DNA of 64,000 nt from contig JBJHCF010000004.1 in NCBI GenBank assembly GCA_050506795.1, forward strand, positions 93,811-157,810, written 5' to 3'. The notes under the pieces were generated by a model, which searched no databases, was not told the origin of the DNA, and saw only the letters and a program-made list of their open reading frames with translations. Position numbers and translations under genes: made by a program. Source of the stretch: Opitutia bacterium. GTDB lineage: Bacteria > Verrucomicrobiota > Verrucomicrobiia > Opitutales > T3Sed10-336. Each line of letters starts with the position of its first letter. The stretch's first letter is position 1. Shown one piece after another: positions 61,057-64,000 of the stretch.

Positions 61057-62820
61057 TCAGCTCTCGATGGTGGCGATATCGGGTTCAAAGGTCACGGTCA
61101 GCCGGTAGGTCTGACCCGGACGCATGATCAGCGGATGGTCCCGCAGCAGAGTCTGCAGGTAGTGGATCTTGCCGTAATAGGTTTTGTAGGCCGGGTTGTC
61201 GCTGACCACCTCGGTCTCCTGCCAGTTGGCGTGAAAATCGTCCTTGACCACCGAGCAGCGGAAGCCTTCCTGGCCCAGGGTGAGAGTGTTTCCGATACGA
61301 TGGCGGGAATGCGGAGAGGCGATCACCAGCATGTAGCGCATGCGGGAGAGCTGGACGTTTCCCTTGACCGTGAAAGAGAATTCGCTGGTGATTTTTCCCT
61401 TTTCGAAATTCCAATTCACCTTGCAGGAGCCGATCCCCGGGTGGATCACTTCATCCTTGGAAATCAGTTCGGGTTGCTCGTAGCGGAAATAGAACGAATT
61501 GCGCAGCCCGAGTCCGGTAACGATTCGTTTGCCGTAGTAGGCCGGGATGAACTGGGTGCCGTCAATGGTTAGCTCCGGCAACATAACCGGCAGGTAGTCG
61601 GCCGCGGGCCAGTCGAAGACTCCCGGACAGTGGGGGAAGGCAAGGGAGTCGCTGGTGGCGGCGCCTCCGCCGCTAACGAGCGGCAACTGGGCGTGGAAAC
61701 CGGAATCGGGATCGCGGTAGAGGAAAAGCCCCTGTTCCTTGCGGTTCGATTTGTCGAAAGCGATGAAACGGCCCGACGGTTTGGAGGTGATGGCCTTGGC
61801 CGCCGCGGTGGCGGGCGTGGTGATGCTGCGGGCCAGACGAGACCATTGGCTGAGATAGCGGGCGGCGTCGAAATTGGCCATCCGGGTCGTGTGTTCCTCA
61901 ATGGTGTTGCGTTCGCCGTCGCGAATCACCAGGCAGCCGCTTTCCTGGTCGAGGTAATTGACAAAGAAAAAGTGGAACAGGCGGCGGAAGAGGTCGAAGT
62001 ACTTGTTCTTCTGATCATCCGGCACCCAGCCGTCCCGCAGGCCCTGGAGAATGAGACTGATGCAGTGCATTTGCCCGTAGGCGCCGATACCGCGGCCGTA
62101 GGACCAGCCGAGGCCGTCGTGACGGATGAGGTCGGGGAACATCTTGATGTAGCGTTCTCCGTGGGTTCGCAGGCTGGGGAGCTTGCGCTCCTTCAGATTG
62201 ATGTTGGCGTGAAGCTGAAGGGCCTGACGAATGAAAACGAAGGCCAGGACGCCGTAAATATTAAAGCCGCCGCCCAGGTTTTCCGGGTAATCGTCGACGA
62301 ATTTGCCGGTGCTCTTCTGGTCGATTCGCTCCAGGAAACGATCGATCAACTTGCCGGTTTCGTCCTTTTTGGAAAGGCCCATGCTGTAGCGGGTGACCGC
62401 TTTGGCGATATTAAAGGCCTGCCAGTGGTTCTGGTAATCGCTGCGTGCCAGGAGGAGGGTGTCCAGCCGCTCGCGGGTGGGATCGACCAGGCGTTCCCAT
62501 ACCTGGTTGCGCTCCTTGGCCGGTCCCCAGGACAGGAGACCGAGGGCGGCATAGGCCAGTCCGTTTTCCTGCGCGGGCTCGCAGAAGGCCTGGCTGGTGA
62601 TGCAGCGTGCGGAAAGGTCGACGAGGTCGTAGTCGCCGAGAGAGGTTTCACCGGTGGCCCGATAAAACTCACCGATGGCGAGGGCGGCGTGACCGGCTTC
62701 GTCCAGTCGGGGCTGCTCGTGCTCGAACGGAGTGACCGTGCCATCGGCGTTGATGGAGGCCAGGTTTTCGCCCAGAATGGAGCGGGCCATATCCAGACAC
62801 TGCTCGGAAAAACTCTGCAT
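61057..62820 (-). CDS. Hypothetical cytoplasmic protein (587 aa)
   Basis: Long ORF with host-like codon usage, 18 bp upstream of hisF; no recognised motif. Confidence 0.75.
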   Translation of the reverse strand: MQSFSEQCLDMARSILGENLASINADGTVTPFEHEQPRLDEAGHAALAIGEFYRATGETSLGDYDLVDLSARCITSQAFCEPAQENGLAYAALGLLSWGPAKERNQVWERLVDPTRERLDTLLLARSDYQNHWQAFNIAKAVTRYSMGLSKKDETGKLIDRFLERIDQKSTGKFVDDYPENLGGGFNIYGVLAFVFIRQALQLHANINLKERKLPSLRTHGERYIKMFPDLIRHDGLGWSYGRGIGAYGQMHCISLILQGLRDGWVPDDQKNKYFDLFRRLFHFFFVNYLDQESGCLVIRDGERNTIEEHTTRMANFDAARYLSQWSRLARSITTPATAAAKAITSKPSGRFIAFDKSNRKEQGLFLYRDPDSGFHAQLPLVSGGGAATSDSLAFPHCPGVFDWPAADYLPVMLPELTIDGTQFIPAYYGKRIVTGLGLRNSFYFRYEQPELISKDEVIHPGIGSCKVNWNFEKGKITSEFSFTVKGNVQLSRMRYMLVIASPHSRHRIGNTLTLGQEGFRCSVVKDDFHANWQETEVVSDNPAYKTYYGKIHYLQTLLRDHPLIMRPGQTYRLTVTFEPDIATIES

Positions 62821-63187
62821 GAGAAATCGGATCGATTGAGAGCGCTGCCGGAACGGGAGTGTTCGAGCGCACAGCGAAAAAAGAGACTTTTTGGTGCCTT
62901 ATTGGTTTTGGTTCAAGCGTTAAGTTTAAATTTTAACGGGATTTGGACCTGAATTCGTCCCGGAACGCGCAGGAGTCCTACGAATAAGCGGTTTGTGGTT
63001 TCACCCGGACGTCCGTGCGCGGACTGCCGCGAAACCGGGGTGTGGATTCCCGGCGGACACAATTAGAGACTAGACTTTTCAGGTTTTGTCTGCTCGTTTG
63101 AGGCTTTCCCGATTCCTCCGCCGGAGGGGCGCAATCCGGCGGGAACAAGTGATAAGACAAAGAGAAATCCCTTTTAGGCAGACAGTA

Positions 63188-63826
63188 ATGATGATCTCGC
63201 GAAAACGATGCCGGTCGATCGCCGGTTTTACCATGATAGAGCTTCTGGTGGTTCTCGGAATCATCGTTATTCTCGGCGGCATTACCTTTGGTTTGGTTTC
63301 CGGGGTCTCTGAGAGGGGACGCACGGCCCGCGCCGAAACGGAATTGCGGCTGATCGCCCAGTCGTTGGAGCAGTTTCGCACCCATTACGGGGATTATCCC
63401 TGGGTGGGAACCGCGACGACGTCGAATAATGAGGAAGCGCTTTTCAACGCGCTGGCCGGAATTACCGGTCCGCAGGGCGACCCGATTCGCGACGATTCCA
63501 ATGCGAACCGGGTCGGCCGGGTGTTTATCGATTTTTCCCGCGTGACGATTGGAGACGGGGATAACGAGGTGCTGGGCTCCGCGGATTTCAATCAGCTTCC
63601 CAACGCGGGCGATCCTTCTCCCGGAATATTGCAGCGGCGGTTTCTGGACCCGTGGGGGAATCCCTACCGTTATTATTACCGGAACACGAGCAGTCCCGAC
63701 AATTGGCGCCGGTCCGGATTTATTCTTTACTCCATGGGGCCCGAAGGTACTCATACACCGCCAAGCAATAACGGGGTAATCAGCGACAGCTCCGCCAATG
63801 CGGATAATATTTATCACGACAACTGA
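63188..63826 (+). CDS. Type II secretion major pseudopilin GspG-like protein
   Basis: G|FTMIELL prepilin motif; LEQFRTHYGDYP, DPWGNPYRY, LYSMGPEG. Confidence 0.85.
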   Translation: MMISRKRCRSIAGFTMIELLVVLGIIVILGGITFGLVSGVSERGRTARAETELRLIAQSLEQFRTHYGDYPWVGTATTSNNEEALFNALAGITGPQGDPIRDDSNANRVGRVFIDFSRVTIGDGDNEVLGSADFNQLPNAGDPSPGILQRRFLDPWGNPYRYYYRNTSSPDNWRRSGFILYSMGPEGTHTPPSNNGVISDSSANADNIYHDN

Positions 63827-63868
63827 GAAGGGCTCCGCGATCGGCGGGCTTGAACGTTCCAAATCAAC

Positions 63869-64000
63869 ATGACAGCACCACATTCCCACCATTCACCCAA
63901 GTCACCTTCGACCGTGGGCTTCCGTCGCAAGCCGGCGGCGTTTACCCTCATCGAGTTGCTGACCGTGATCGCCATCATCGGGATCCTCGCGGCGATCCTG
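63869..64000 (+). CDS. Prepilin-type N-terminal cleavage/methylation protein (truncated)
   Basis: MTAPHSHHSPKSPSTVGFRRKPAA|FTLIELLTVIAIIGILAAIL runs off the right edge. Confidence 0.85.
   Translation, partial: MTAPHSHHSPKSPSTVGFRRKPAAFTLIELLTVIAIIGILAAIL

Overview
GC-rich bacterial chromosome segment, mostly housekeeping and envelope genes; gene content suggests Verrucomicrobiota (Opitutales-like; inference). Left to right: N-terminus of a probable SNF2-type helicase running off the left edge, prlC-tamB-omp85, a Zn peptidase, ychF, tRNA-Pro, a DUF1080/TIM-barrel sugar pair, tRNA-fMet with a duplicated 3' end, a DUF6807-like protein, a sensor-kinase relic, a sigma54 activator divergent from an MFS-acyltransferase-acyl-ACP synthetase fusion (with a visible -24/-12 promoter), mrp, tolB, sodA, tadA, infA, cysK, an ABC-F plus CP-ATP-grasp/alpha-E pair, a seven-gene MoxR/vWA/HEAT/DUF4159 cluster, tRNA-Leu in a repeat-rich segment, an NTase-like protein, mnmA, GH57, an MFS, pdxH, an ATP-cone class II RNR, GH43, an NMT1-type binding protein, hisF, a hypothetical protein and two pseudopilins. 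Intergenic DNA is dense in REP-like palindromes whose stems co-vary. No CRISPR array, rRNA, integrase or transposase was seen. Best candidates for undescribed biology: the sigma54-controlled lipid-repair unit, the MoxR/triple-vWA cluster, the ABC-F-linked peptide-ligase-like fusion and the modular REP system. Family calls come from motif recognition only; no database searches were run.
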